Shown piece by piece: positions 10,026 through 19,064 of a stretch of 64,000 bases of DNA. Under the pieces are notes generated by a model. That model made no database searches and had not been told where the DNA came from. It saw nothing but the letters and a program-made list of their open reading frames with translations. The stretch's first letter is position 1. Every line of letters begins with the position of its first letter. The stretch is from Alistipes sp. Its GTDB lineage: Bacteria > Bacteroidota > Bacteroidia > Bacteroidales > Rikenellaceae. Position numbers and translations under genes: made by a program. The stretch is from positions 2,954 to 66,953 of the forward strand of contig JAFVWO010000102.1 of NCBI GenBank assembly GCA_017501625.1, read 5' to 3'.

Positions 10026-10051
10026 AATATTTGGGATTATTTTCTCTCTCG

Positions 10052-10834
10052 TTAGTAGATAAAGGGTATTATGCGCTTACGCTTTAGCGCTGTGAACTCT
10101 GCGCCAAACTCTCGCTCGTAGCGCCTATATAGCGATGCTGAGCGCGGCCCGAGGTTGGCAAATGTCCACCATGCGAAGACCACACCTGCCCACGACCACG
10201 AGGCTATAGCAAAGCCTACCCACTCCATAAACTCGCCGAAGTAGTTTGCCGACGACACATACTTAAACATGCCACCCTTGGGTATGTAGTGCTTCGTATC
10301 GCCCTCCTTGCGCAAGTTGCGTATCACGTAGTCCGAGTGTATGTTCGTAATCATGCCGAAGGCAAATACCGCAGCTCCGATGTAGAAGTAGGGTTTCGAC
10401 ATCCACCCGTCGTAGTAACCCATCTCGGGTGCGTAGTAAAATATCCATCCACCCTGCATCACGGCATTCAGCGTGTTAAACACCATACCCATAAGCACTA
10501 TACCTATGGGCATCTTGGAATTTCCGCGCATAAGCATCGGGAAGATGAACGAGCGCTGGAAGTAGTGCAACTCGAACATCAGGAAGAGAGCCAAGGGCGC
10601 AGCCTCCACGGCATAGTCCGACATCCACCATAGCACTGCCATGGCAAAGAATACCGGAGACTCCATCAATACCCACCCCACCTTGTTAGGCACGGGAAAA
10701 CCGAACTTGGGGTTAAAGAGATAGCCATATCCCGCCTCCACAAAGTATAGCGCGATGAATACCACAAGGGCCACCGCAGCCATGACGACGAGGAAGATAT
10801 TGTAACACTCCAACGAAATCAACTCCGAGAACAT
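10052..10834 (-). CDS. 3-oxo-5-alpha-steroid 4-dehydrogenase (steroid 5-alpha-reductase) family membrane protein
   Basis: GWVLMESP, HYFQRSFIFP, NIHSDYVIRNLRK, IPKGGMFKYVSSANYFGEFMEW, KRKRIIPFIY; start taken at ATG 10834. Confidence 0.92.
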   Translation of the reverse strand: MFSELISLECYNIFLVVMAAVALVVFIALYFVEAGYGYLFNPKFGFPVPNKVGWVLMESPVFFAMAVLWWMSDYAVEAAPLALFLMFELHYFQRSFIFPMLMRGNSKMPIGIVLMGMVFNTLNAVMQGGWIFYYAPEMGYYDGWMSKPYFYIGAAVFAFGMITNIHSDYVIRNLRKEGDTKHYIPKGGMFKYVSSANYFGEFMEWVGFAIASWSWAGVVFAWWTFANLGPRSASLYRRYEREFGAEFTALKRKRIIPFIY

Positions 10835-10926
10835 AATATATCCTTTTACACTGTTTACACCAAGCCCCACTCTCACGACATTTACCTTTAGGTAACTGCC
10901 ACCAAAGAGCAGACGCCATAATCGCA

Positions 10927-10934
10927 CAAAGGTA
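10927..10934 (-). promoter_or_regulatory. Bacteroidetes -7 element (TACCTTTG) for the 5AR operon
   Basis: Matches TAnnTTTG with AT-rich upstream DNA. Confidence 0.65.
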
Positions 10935-10999
10935 CAACTTTTTTTTCTAAATTTTCGTTAGTAGTGAGTAATTAGTCGTCAGTAATGGTAAATAAGTCT

Positions 11000-11121
11000 A
11001 TATTGTCCTAAATAATTTTACTTTTGTGAAGCTCTGCTTCAGTGCCTTGCTCGCACGTGGTGACTGAGGTTGCGGGACATCAACAATATAATTGCGGTGC
11101 ATGCTTTATTTAGGACAATAT
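11000..11121. mobile_element. MITE-like element C: 122 bp with perfect 16-bp terminal inverted repeats
   Basis: atattgtcctaaataa ... ttatttaggacaatat; non-coding interior; single copy in window. Confidence 0.55.
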
Positions 11122-11225
11122 TGCAAATAGGTAGTGAATTTAAGGAAATTAGGAGATTTGTGTTTAGGGGAGCATGTGTATACGCGGGCTACGCCCACTA
11201 TGGGGAGCATGGGTAATTTACTAAA

Positions 11226-11261
11226 ACTACCCAGTCTACCCAGACTACCCAGACTACCCAT
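11226..11261 (+). repeat. 9-bp tandem repeat, consensus actacccag, 4 units
   Basis: actacccag tctacccag actacccag actacccat. Confidence 0.9.
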
Positions 11262-11262
11262 A

Positions 11263-11335
11263 GCACTGACATAAAAAAAGCCGTCGATGGATAGTACTTG
11301 GCGTACATTCCATTGACGGCAATTTTTGTTAGCGG
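11263..11335. repeat. Palindromic element B, partial copy
   Basis: Aligns with 54116-54187; identical 27-bp core gatggatagtacttggcgtacattcca. Confidence 0.85.
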
Positions 11336-11496
11336 GGATGACTAAAAAGTAAATTTTTCATCCCCGTCTTGTTAAGAGGTTGAATAAAAAGATGTAGTTT
11401 TAGGCTTGCGAAGCCCGAAAAAGCGGAGTTTACTTGGCGTAAATGAGCATTTTGAGGGCGAGCTTAACGACAAAATACACTTTTTATTCAGCCTCT
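11333..11496. mobile_element. MITE-like element A (11375-11496, 122 bp) plus attached hairpin, copy 1
   Basis: About 9 differences from 32445-32607; TIRs agagg(t/c)tgaataaaaag ... ctttttattcagcctct. Confidence 0.85.
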
Positions 11497-11508
11497 TTTC
11501 ACAACAAA

Positions 11509-12147
11509 TTACTCTATGTAATAGGCCTTAGAAACATCACGTGCCGGTGCTGCGGGGATATCACCTACGGGATAACCAAAGGCAATGGCAACCATCAACT
11601 TGTAATCCTCGGGGAGGTTCAAGCGCTCCATATATGGCTTTGCAGCCTCCGAGTTCATAACCGGAACAACGCTACCAAGACAGCACGAGCCTATACCCAT
11701 AGACCACGCTGCAATCATCATATTCTCAGAGAGAAGGCCACAGTCATACTCACCGCTATAGCTCTCCTCGGGGCAGGCTATGAATGCCACGGTGGGGGCA
11801 TTGCGGAAGAAGTTACGGAAGCCCTCCTGCTCCTTAAGTTGAGGCATCTGCTCCACGGCGATGGCCGTGACACCCTCGATGAAGTCGGGAGCATCGACAA
11901 CACGTACTGCCCATGGTTGCATATTCATGGCACTGGGGGCGTAGATACCACACTCTACGACCTTAGCCATCTGCTCGCGCGATACAGGCTCGGCCTTATA
12001 GTCGCGTATCGAGCGACGTGACATTATAGTCTCCACGACAGCCTGCTCCTTAGAGCACTCACACTCATCTGCCACCCTCTCCGAGCAGCATCCATAAAAC
12101 ATCGTCGCAGCCACAAGAGCCACAAGCGAGAGTGTCAATCTATTCAT
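11509..12147 (-). CDS. Nitroreductase family protein with putative lipoprotein signal
   Basis: IMSRRSIRDY, APSAMNMQPW, DCGLLSENMMIAAWSMGIGSC, IAFGYP; N-terminal hydrophobic stretch ending YGC. Confidence 0.88.
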   Translation of the reverse strand: MNRLTLSLVALVAATMFYGCCSERVADECECSKEQAVVETIMSRRSIRDYKAEPVSREQMAKVVECGIYAPSAMNMQPWAVRVVDAPDFIEGVTAIAVEQMPQLKEQEGFRNFFRNAPTVAFIACPEESYSGEYDCGLLSENMMIAAWSMGIGSCCLGSVVPVMNSEAAKPYMERLNLPEDYKLMVAIAFGYPVGDIPAAPARDVSKAYYIE

Positions 12148-12158
12148 AATCACCACTA

Positions 12159-13397
12159 TTAGTTAATACGTTTACCTTTGAGTACTATCTTTCGAATAAT
12201 GGGGGTCTGGTGTGCATAGGGAAGGTACGCCAACGACGGCAGGGGCTTCGTTATGTAGAAGTTGGCCACCTTACCGCGTGTTATTGAGCCAAAGTCGCGA
12301 CTCTCGCCCATAGCGGCTGCGCTGTTGAGCGTGGCAGCGTTGAGTGCCTCCGCGGGTGTCATCTTCATCTTTATAGAGCCAAGCGACACCACAAAGCGCA
12401 TATTTCCCGAGGGTGCGGTGCCCGGGTTGAAGTCCGAAGCCAAAGCAACGGCAAGGCCCGCATCAATCATCTTACGCGCAGGGGGGTAGCCTATGCCGAG
12501 GAAGAAGGCACAGCCGGGCAACATCGTAGGCATCGTCCGGCTACCTCTAAGAGCCTCAACCTGCTCGTCGCCCATAGACTCAAGATGGTCTACCGAGAGG
12601 GCCCCATGCTCCACGCCTATCTCCACGCCACCCGACACAGCGAGCTCGTTGGCATGTATCTTAGCACGCAGACCATACTTAGCTCCCGTCTCCATTATCT
12701 TTGCCGTCTCCTCAACGGTAAAGAAGCCCTTATCGCAGAAGACATCCACGAAGTCGGCCAAGCCCTCGGCAGCAACAGCAGGAATCATATCATTGCATAC
12801 GTGCTCCACATACTCTGCCTGACGACCACGGTAGGCACGGCCTACAGCATGAGCACCGAGGAACGTAGCACGCACCTCAAGGGGAGCTGTTTGACGAATA
12901 CGACGTATCACACGTAGGATTTTGAGCTCATCCTCCAACGTAAGACCATAGCCCGACTTAATCTCCACGAGGCCTGTTCCCATGGCGACAATCTCGTCGA
13001 TGCGCTCCATAGCCTGACGATATAGCTCATCCTCCGACGTCTCGTGAAGGCGGTCTGCCGAGTTAAGGATGCCACCGCCACGCTTGGCTATCTCCTCATA
13101 CGATAGGCCGTTAATCTTGTCGAGAAACTCCTGCTCGCGGCTACCGGCATAGACGATATGCGTATGCGAGTCGCAGAACGACGGGAAGAGCCAGCCGCCC
13201 TCAGCATCGAGGACATCGCAGCCCTCCGCAGAGGGCAGCGTGTCCATCGTGCCGTAATCCTTGATACGCTCGCCATCGGTGAGAAGCCACGCATTCTCCA
13301 AGGTCGCAATGTCGGCCATAGCCCTACCCTCGACCCTCAGACGTCCGCTCTCGTCGATACCTACGAGCGTGCCTATATTCTTAACGAGCAAGTTCAT
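12159..13397 (-). CDS. hutI: Imidazolonepropionase
   Basis: DSHTH, GGGIL, EIKSGYGL, FLGAHA, DVFCD, KIHANEL, ASDFNPG. Confidence 0.96.
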   Translation of the reverse strand: MNLLVKNIGTLVGIDESGRLRVEGRAMADIATLENAWLLTDGERIKDYGTMDTLPSAEGCDVLDAEGGWLFPSFCDSHTHIVYAGSREQEFLDKINGLSYEEIAKRGGGILNSADRLHETSEDELYRQAMERIDEIVAMGTGLVEIKSGYGLTLEDELKILRVIRRIRQTAPLEVRATFLGAHAVGRAYRGRQAEYVEHVCNDMIPAVAAEGLADFVDVFCDKGFFTVEETAKIMETGAKYGLRAKIHANELAVSGGVEIGVEHGALSVDHLESMGDEQVEALRGSRTMPTMLPGCAFFLGIGYPPARKMIDAGLAVALASDFNPGTAPSGNMRFVVSLGSIKMKMTPAEALNAATLNSAAAMGESRDFGSITRGKVANFYITKPLPSLAYLPYAHQTPIIRKIVLKGKRIN

Positions 13398-14880
13398 AGT
13401 CGTTCAAGAAGTTTACCGATGTAGCAATATGGGGATACATCACCGTATCGTTATCCACGAAGGGAACAACCTTGCGGTATGCCTCAAACATAGCCTCCAC
13501 GGCTGCTGATGATTGAAGCTTGGTCATCTGATGGCGGAACTCCAATGCCTGTGCCGAGTTCATAAGCTCGATGGCAAGCACACGCTCGGTATTCTGCACC
13601 ACCTTCCAAAGCTTCGTGGCAGCATTCGAGCCCATGCTCACGTGGTCCTCCTGACCCTGCGACGAGGGTATAGAGTCGCATGACGCGGGCCAGCATAGAC
13701 CCTTAGACTGGCTGACGATAGATGCCGCCGTGTACTGCGGAATCATGAAGCCTGAGTTAAGGCCGGGGTTAGCAACGAGGAAGTTGGGGAGGTTACGCGC
13801 ACCCGAGATGAGCTTATATGTACGACGCTCCGAAATATTGCCGAGCTCTGCAACAGCGATAGCCAAGAAGTCCATAGCCACAGCAATAGGCTGGCCGTGG
13901 AAGTTACCGGCAGATATTACCTCGTCGGTGTCGGGGAATACCGTGGGGTTGTCCGTGGCGGAGTTAATCTCCGTCTCGAGGACGCTGGTAACGTATGCGA
14001 TGGTATCCTTCGATGCACCATGCACCTGAGGTATGCAACGGAACGAGTAGGGGTCCTGCACGTGCTGCTTGGGCCGCTTGCCAATCTCCGAGCCGGCCAA
14101 TATCTCGCGGAAGTTACGCGCCGTCTCAATCTGGCCATTGTGCGGACGTATGGCGTGTACGTTATGCTCAAAAGGCTCCATGCGACCATCAAAGGCATCG
14201 AGCGACATGGCACCAATATGGTCAGCCCAACGGCTGAGGCGCTGAGCGTTAATCAACGAGTATACGCCGTATGCCGACATAAACTGTGTGCCGTTCAACA
14301 ACGCAAGACCCTCCTTCGAGCAAAGGGTGATAGGTGTCCATCCCATCTTCTGCATCATCACGCTACCCTCGACAACCTCGCCATCAATCTCCACATGGCC
14401 AAGGCCCAAGAGGGGCAGACACATGTGTGCCAATGGCGAGAGGTCGCCCGAAGCACCCAACGAGCCCTGCTCGTATACCACGGGGATGATGTTGTTGTTA
14501 AACATCTCGATAAGGCGCTCGACGGTGACAAGCTGCACACCCGAGTGACCGTATGACAACGACTGCACCTTCAAGAGAATCATCAATCGTGCTATCTCCG
14601 AGGGCACACGCTGGCCTGTACCGCAGGCGTGCGACATCATAAGGTTCTTCTGCAACTGCGACAATCCCTCCTTCTCAACCGATATGTTGCACAACGAGCC
14701 AAAACCCGTAGTCACGCCATAGATAGGACGTCCGGCATTCTCCATCTTCTTGTCGAGATACTCGCGGCAGTGGTTGATGCGACGCTTGGCATCCTCGCTC
14801 AACGCCAATTTGTAGCCCTTCGACAAAATCTCCTCAACACGAGCGATAGTCAGGCGCTCGGCACTAATATAATGAATCAT
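13381..14880 (-). CDS. hutH: Histidine ammonia-lyase
   Basis: YGVTTGFG, GSLGASGDL (MIO), KEGLALLNGTQ, QDPYSFRC, QEDHVSMG. Confidence 0.97.
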   Translation of the reverse strand: MIHYISAERLTIARVEEILSKGYKLALSEDAKRRINHCREYLDKKMENAGRPIYGVTTGFGSLCNISVEKEGLSQLQKNLMMSHACGTGQRVPSEIARLMILLKVQSLSYGHSGVQLVTVERLIEMFNNNIIPVVYEQGSLGASGDLSPLAHMCLPLLGLGHVEIDGEVVEGSVMMQKMGWTPITLCSKEGLALLNGTQFMSAYGVYSLINAQRLSRWADHIGAMSLDAFDGRMEPFEHNVHAIRPHNGQIETARNFREILAGSEIGKRPKQHVQDPYSFRCIPQVHGASKDTIAYVTSVLETEINSATDNPTVFPDTDEVISAGNFHGQPIAVAMDFLAIAVAELGNISERRTYKLISGARNLPNFLVANPGLNSGFMIPQYTAASIVSQSKGLCWPASCDSIPSSQGQEDHVSMGSNAATKLWKVVQNTERVLAIELMNSAQALEFRHQMTKLQSSAAVEAMFEAYRKVVPFVDNDTVMYPHIATSVNFLNDYELAR

Positions 14881-14886
14881 AATCGT

Positions 14887-16902
14887 TTACTTATTTTCGT
14901 TATACACCTTTTCAATCATATCCATGTCTGCGAGGTTGGGAAGCGTGACCTTCAACAGTGGCGTGCGCTCCATCTCGCGCTTGATGGCAAACATGGCGCC
15001 CTCGTTACGTGCCCAGCTACGACGTGCGATGCCGTTGTTCACATCCCACAGCAACATCTCCTCGATGTGGCGTGCCGAGTCCTCCGAGCCGTCGATGACC
15101 ATACCGAAGCCACCATTGATAACCTCGCCCCAGCCTACGCCGCCACCATTGTGGATAGATACCCATGTAGCACCGCGGAACGAGTCGCCAATGACGTTGT
15201 GAACAGCCATATCGGCACAGAAGTGCGAGCCGTCGTATATATTCGATGTCTCACGATAGGGCGAGTCCGTACCCGACACATCGTGGTGGTCACGACCAAG
15301 GACGATAGGTGCCGAAATCTCACCACGCTTGATAGCCTCGTTAAAGGCCAAAGCGATGCGTGTACGACCCTCAGAGTCGGCATAGAGGATACGTGCCTGT
15401 GAGCCTACGACGAGCTTATTTTCCATAGCCTCGCGTATCCAGTGAAGGTTGTCGGCAAGCTGTCCCTGAATCTCTGCGGGAGCCTCCTTGAGCATGGCGT
15501 CGAGCACCTCCGCAGCGATGCGGTCGCTCTTGACGAGGTCCTCCTCCTTGCCCGAGGTACATACCCAACGGAAGGGGCCAAAGCCGTAGTCGAAGAACAT
15601 CGGGCCCATGATATCCTGAACGTATGAAGGATAGCGGAACTTACCATTCTCGGCCAGGATATCGGCACCTGCACGCGACGACTCCAACAAGAAGGCGTTG
15701 CCATAGTCGAAGAAGTACATACCGCGTGCCGTGAGCTTATTTACGGCTGCCACGTGACGACGCAACGACTCGCGCACACACTCCTTGAAACGCTCGGGCT
15801 CCTCAGCCATCATGCGGTTAGACTCCTCATACGAGTAACCCACGGGGTAGTAACCACCCGCCCAAGGATTATGCAACGACGTCTGGTCCGAGCCGAGATC
15901 TACGTTAATATCCTCCTCGGCAAGGCGCTCCCAGAGGTCTACGACGTTACCAACGTAGGCAAACGAGATGACCTCCTTCTGCTCCACAGCCTGCTTCACG
16001 CGAGGAATAAGCTCGTCGAGCGACGAGTAGAGCTCATCCACCCAGCCCTGCTTGTGGCGCTTCTCCGCAGCAGCAATATTTACCTCGGCAGTGATGCTAA
16101 CCACGCCAGAGATATTACCCGCCTTAGGCTGAGCACCCGACATGCCACCAAGGCCTGCCGTGACGAACAACATACCCTTCAAATCCTTCTGTCCGGGCTT
16201 CATACGCTTGCGCGCAGCATTCATCACGGTGATTGTCGTGCCGTGAACGATGCCCTGCGGGCCGATATACATATACGAGCCTGCGGTCATCTGGCCATAC
16301 TGCGATACACCCATGGCGTTGAAACGCTCCCAGTCGTCCTGCGACGAGTGGTTGGGGATAACCATACCATTGGTCACAATAACACGCGGAGCATCCTTAT
16401 GCGAGGGGAACAAGCCGAGAGGGTGACCCGAGTACATCACGAGGGTCTGCTCGTCGGTCATCTCCGCAAGGTACTTCATTGCGAGGCGATACTGCGCCCA
16501 ATTCTGGAACACAGCGCCATTACCACCATAGGTGATAAGCTCGTGGGGATGCTGCGCTACGGCCTTATCGAGGTTATTCTGAATCATGAGCATGATAGCC
16601 GCCGCCTGACGCGAGCGTGCAGGATAGTCATCTATCGAGCGGGCATACATCTCGTAGTCGGGACGTAGGCGGTACATATAGATGCGACCATAGGTCTTAA
16701 GCTCCTCCAAAAACTCGGGGGCAAGCTCCGCATGGTGCTTCTCGGGGAAGTAACGCAGGGCATTTGCCAAAGCGAGCTTCTTCTCCTCGTCGGTGAGAAT
16801 ATCCTTACGCTTAGGAGCATGGTTGGCATTGGGATCGTAGGCCTTAGGCGCAGGTAGCGGATCGGGAATACCGGCCAATATATCTTTCTGAAAATCTGTC
16901 AT
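14887..16902 (-). CDS. hutU: Urocanate hydratase (long type)
   Basis: YGQMTAGSYMYIGPQGIVHGT, GLGGMSGAQPKA, SDQTSLHN, GRDHHD, HNGGGVGWG. Confidence 0.97.
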   Translation of the reverse strand: MTDFQKDILAGIPDPLPAPKAYDPNANHAPKRKDILTDEEKKLALANALRYFPEKHHAELAPEFLEELKTYGRIYMYRLRPDYEMYARSIDDYPARSRQAAAIMLMIQNNLDKAVAQHPHELITYGGNGAVFQNWAQYRLAMKYLAEMTDEQTLVMYSGHPLGLFPSHKDAPRVIVTNGMVIPNHSSQDDWERFNAMGVSQYGQMTAGSYMYIGPQGIVHGTTITVMNAARKRMKPGQKDLKGMLFVTAGLGGMSGAQPKAGNISGVVSITAEVNIAAAEKRHKQGWVDELYSSLDELIPRVKQAVEQKEVISFAYVGNVVDLWERLAEEDINVDLGSDQTSLHNPWAGGYYPVGYSYEESNRMMAEEPERFKECVRESLRRHVAAVNKLTARGMYFFDYGNAFLLESSRAGADILAENGKFRYPSYVQDIMGPMFFDYGFGPFRWVCTSGKEEDLVKSDRIAAEVLDAMLKEAPAEIQGQLADNLHWIREAMENKLVVGSQARILYADSEGRTRIALAFNEAIKRGEISAPIVLGRDHHDVSGTDSPYRETSNIYDGSHFCADMAVHNVIGDSFRGATWVSIHNGGGVGWGEVINGGFGMVIDGSEDSARHIEEMLLWDVNNGIARRSWARNEGAMFAIKREMERTPLLKVTLPNLADMDMIEKVYNENK

Positions 16903-16925
16903 TGTATCTTACTATTTTTTGTTCA

Positions 16926-18632
16926 TTAGTTAATCTTGCTCTCTACCACAGCCAAAATCTCAGCCTCAGCCCTCTGTGCAGCAGCCTGAATCTCCTCAGC
17001 CTCCTTAACAAGCTTATCGGCCACGGCGCGATCCTTCAATCCTGCAGCGTTAATCTTAACATTCAGGCAAGCACCCATCACTGCTGAGCGCGCAGCCAAA
17101 GCACCCACACCGGCATCCGATACAGAGTTGGGGTTACCCTCCTCGGCCATGGCGCGAACAACGTCGAAGGCCTTATATGCCGCCTTCATCGTGCGTAGGG
17201 GCACCTCCGTAGCGTAGAGCGTAGCAGCCTCCATGGCGGCAGCACGTGCTGCCTTCTCCTCCTCCGTAGACTTAGGCATGCCGAAGACATCCATAATCTT
17301 GTTGAACGCCGCAGTATCCTCATCCACGAGGTACAACAACTCGTTCATCACACTCATGCCGTTATCCGCCCAATTAGAGAAGTACTCCCAGCGGTCATCC
17401 CAGCCCGCCTTGTGCGACGAGAGGTTTGCCACCATCGTGCCGAGTGCCGCAGCCAAAGCACCCATATATGCCGAGATAGAGCCACCACCCGGGGCGGGAG
17501 ACTCACTTGCCGTCTCCTCGGCAAAGCCCGTGCATGTCATATCTACGAGCTTCTTAACACCCTTCTGCTCCTCAGCCTCCAAGATATACTCCACAACCTT
17601 CTCCTCGGGCTTGAACTCCTTGAGGTTCGAAAGACCCATCGACTCGATAGCGATACGCACCAACTCCTTCTCGGGAAGACCCGTCGAGCGGTTCTGCTTA
17701 CGCAGGAAGTGACGACCGGCATCCACCAACGCACTCTTAGGAACAAGACCTACAATCTCAGCACCCGTAACACGCACACCACGAGCATCTGCCGCACGGC
17801 ATACCTCATCGAAGGCAACATGCAGAGGTGTAATCGAGAGGTTTGTCATGTTCATCGACACCTGAGCGATGCCATACTCCTCGATAAACCAGCCGATAGC
17901 CTTACAAGCCTTGAGCGTACCGGGCTTCATGATGGGCTCGCCATTGGCATCCTTCATAATCTTACCCGTGATAGGATTACCCTCACGCATAGGACGACCC
18001 TTCTCGCGCACGTCGAAAGCGATGGCATTGGCACGACGTGTAGAGGTGGTATTGAGGTTATAGTTCACAGCCACGAGGAAGTCACGAGCACCCACAGCCG
18101 TAGCACCCGTCTTAGCCACACCCTCATCGTAGGGGCGCGCGCCAAAGTCGGGTTTTTTCTGCTCGTGCATCATCTTCTCGGGCAGTGCCTCATACTCACC
18201 GGCACGACATACTGCAAGGTTACGACGCTCGGGCGTGAAGGCCGCAGCCTCGTAGCAGTAGGTAGGAACGCCAAGCTCCTCGGCAATACGCTTAGCAAGC
18301 GCGCGTGCCAACTCGGCACACTCCTCGAGTGTTATGCCCGACACGGGGATAAGGGGACATACATCGCAAGCGCCCATGCGGGGATGTGCGCCCTTGTGCT
18401 GACGCATGTCGATAAGCTCCGTTGCGCGCTTGATGGCTGCCACAGCTGCATCGCACACCTGCGCGGGCTCACCCACGAAGGTTACGACCGTGCGGTTTGT
18501 CGCCTCACCCGGGTCAACATCCAACAGTTTCACACCCTTGGCAGCCTCGATGACATCGGTAATCTGCTTAATTGTCTCCATGTTGCGACCCTCCGAGAAG
18601 TTGGGCACGCACTCGATAATTCTTTTCTGCAT
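16926..18632 (-). CDS. ftcD: Fused glutamate formimidoyltransferase / formiminotetrahydrofolate cyclodeaminase
   Basis: IECVPNFSEGR, HPRMGACDV N-terminal FT domain; C-terminal SPAPGGGS...GNPNSVSDAGV...NVKIN cyclodeaminase domain. Confidence 0.95.
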   Translation of the reverse strand: MQKRIIECVPNFSEGRNMETIKQITDVIEAAKGVKLLDVDPGEATNRTVVTFVGEPAQVCDAAVAAIKRATELIDMRQHKGAHPRMGACDVCPLIPVSGITLEECAELARALAKRIAEELGVPTYCYEAAAFTPERRNLAVCRAGEYEALPEKMMHEQKKPDFGARPYDEGVAKTGATAVGARDFLVAVNYNLNTTSTRRANAIAFDVREKGRPMREGNPITGKIMKDANGEPIMKPGTLKACKAIGWFIEEYGIAQVSMNMTNLSITPLHVAFDEVCRAADARGVRVTGAEIVGLVPKSALVDAGRHFLRKQNRSTGLPEKELVRIAIESMGLSNLKEFKPEEKVVEYILEAEEQKGVKKLVDMTCTGFAEETASESPAPGGGSISAYMGALAAALGTMVANLSSHKAGWDDRWEYFSNWADNGMSVMNELLYLVDEDTAAFNKIMDVFGMPKSTEEEKAARAAAMEAATLYATEVPLRTMKAAYKAFDVVRAMAEEGNPNSVSDAGVGALAARSAVMGACLNVKINAAGLKDRAVADKLVKEAEEIQAAAQRAEAEILAVVESKIN

Positions 18633-18720
18633 AGTAGTCTTAGTTTTATTTTAGTTTGTATTCTCTATTCCAAAAAAAAGTGTTGACACAGCCCTATCGG
18701 TTGTCAGTATAGCATCGTTA

Positions 18721-19020
18721 TCACAACGAATAGTCTACATCCACACGCTCCAGTCGACGACTCTTGCAGTAGTCGCTAACGGCGACATGCAGCGGGTGAA
18801 CCTTATATGCCTCCATAGCCTCAAACGAGGGGAAGTCGGCCGTGAGCACCGCATCGTAAGACGATGCCGTCTCCTTGATATTCACTCCCACCTCGGCACG
18901 TAAGAGGCCGTCAATCTTACCTACAAGAGCCTCAAGGCGGCTCTTCATCTCAAGGGCAATCTGCTCGGGAGTCTCCTCCAAATCGCGGCGGAACTTCCAC
19001 ATAACGATATGTCTAATCAT
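18721..19020 (-). CDS. Dabb family (stress-responsive A/B barrel) protein
   Basis: MIRHIVMWKF...YDAVL...YKVHPLH...DY pattern. Confidence 0.88.
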   Translation of the reverse strand: MIRHIVMWKFRRDLEETPEQIALEMKSRLEALVGKIDGLLRAEVGVNIKETASSYDAVLTADFPSFEAMEAYKVHPLHVAVSDYCKSRRLERVDVDYSL

Positions 19021-19064
19021 AGTCACGTATTTTTAGGTTTCTTGGTTCACATTAAAGCATCATA

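Noticed and set aside
11226-11496. Possible CRISPR array or known ncRNA in the repeat-rich intergenic region
   Set aside because: No repeat-spacer periodicity, no cas genes, and no tRNA or riboswitch pattern I can recognise.
11443-12021. 192-aa ORF starting inside element A
   Set aside because: Antisense to the nitroreductase; the ATG lies in the repeat and there are no transposase motifs.
17412-18686. 424-aa plus-strand ORF antisense to ftcD (likewise 8526-9632, 15754-16668, 34518-35357, 38339-39082)
   Set aside because: Antisense shadows of well-supported genes, expected from codon bias; no recognisable motifs.
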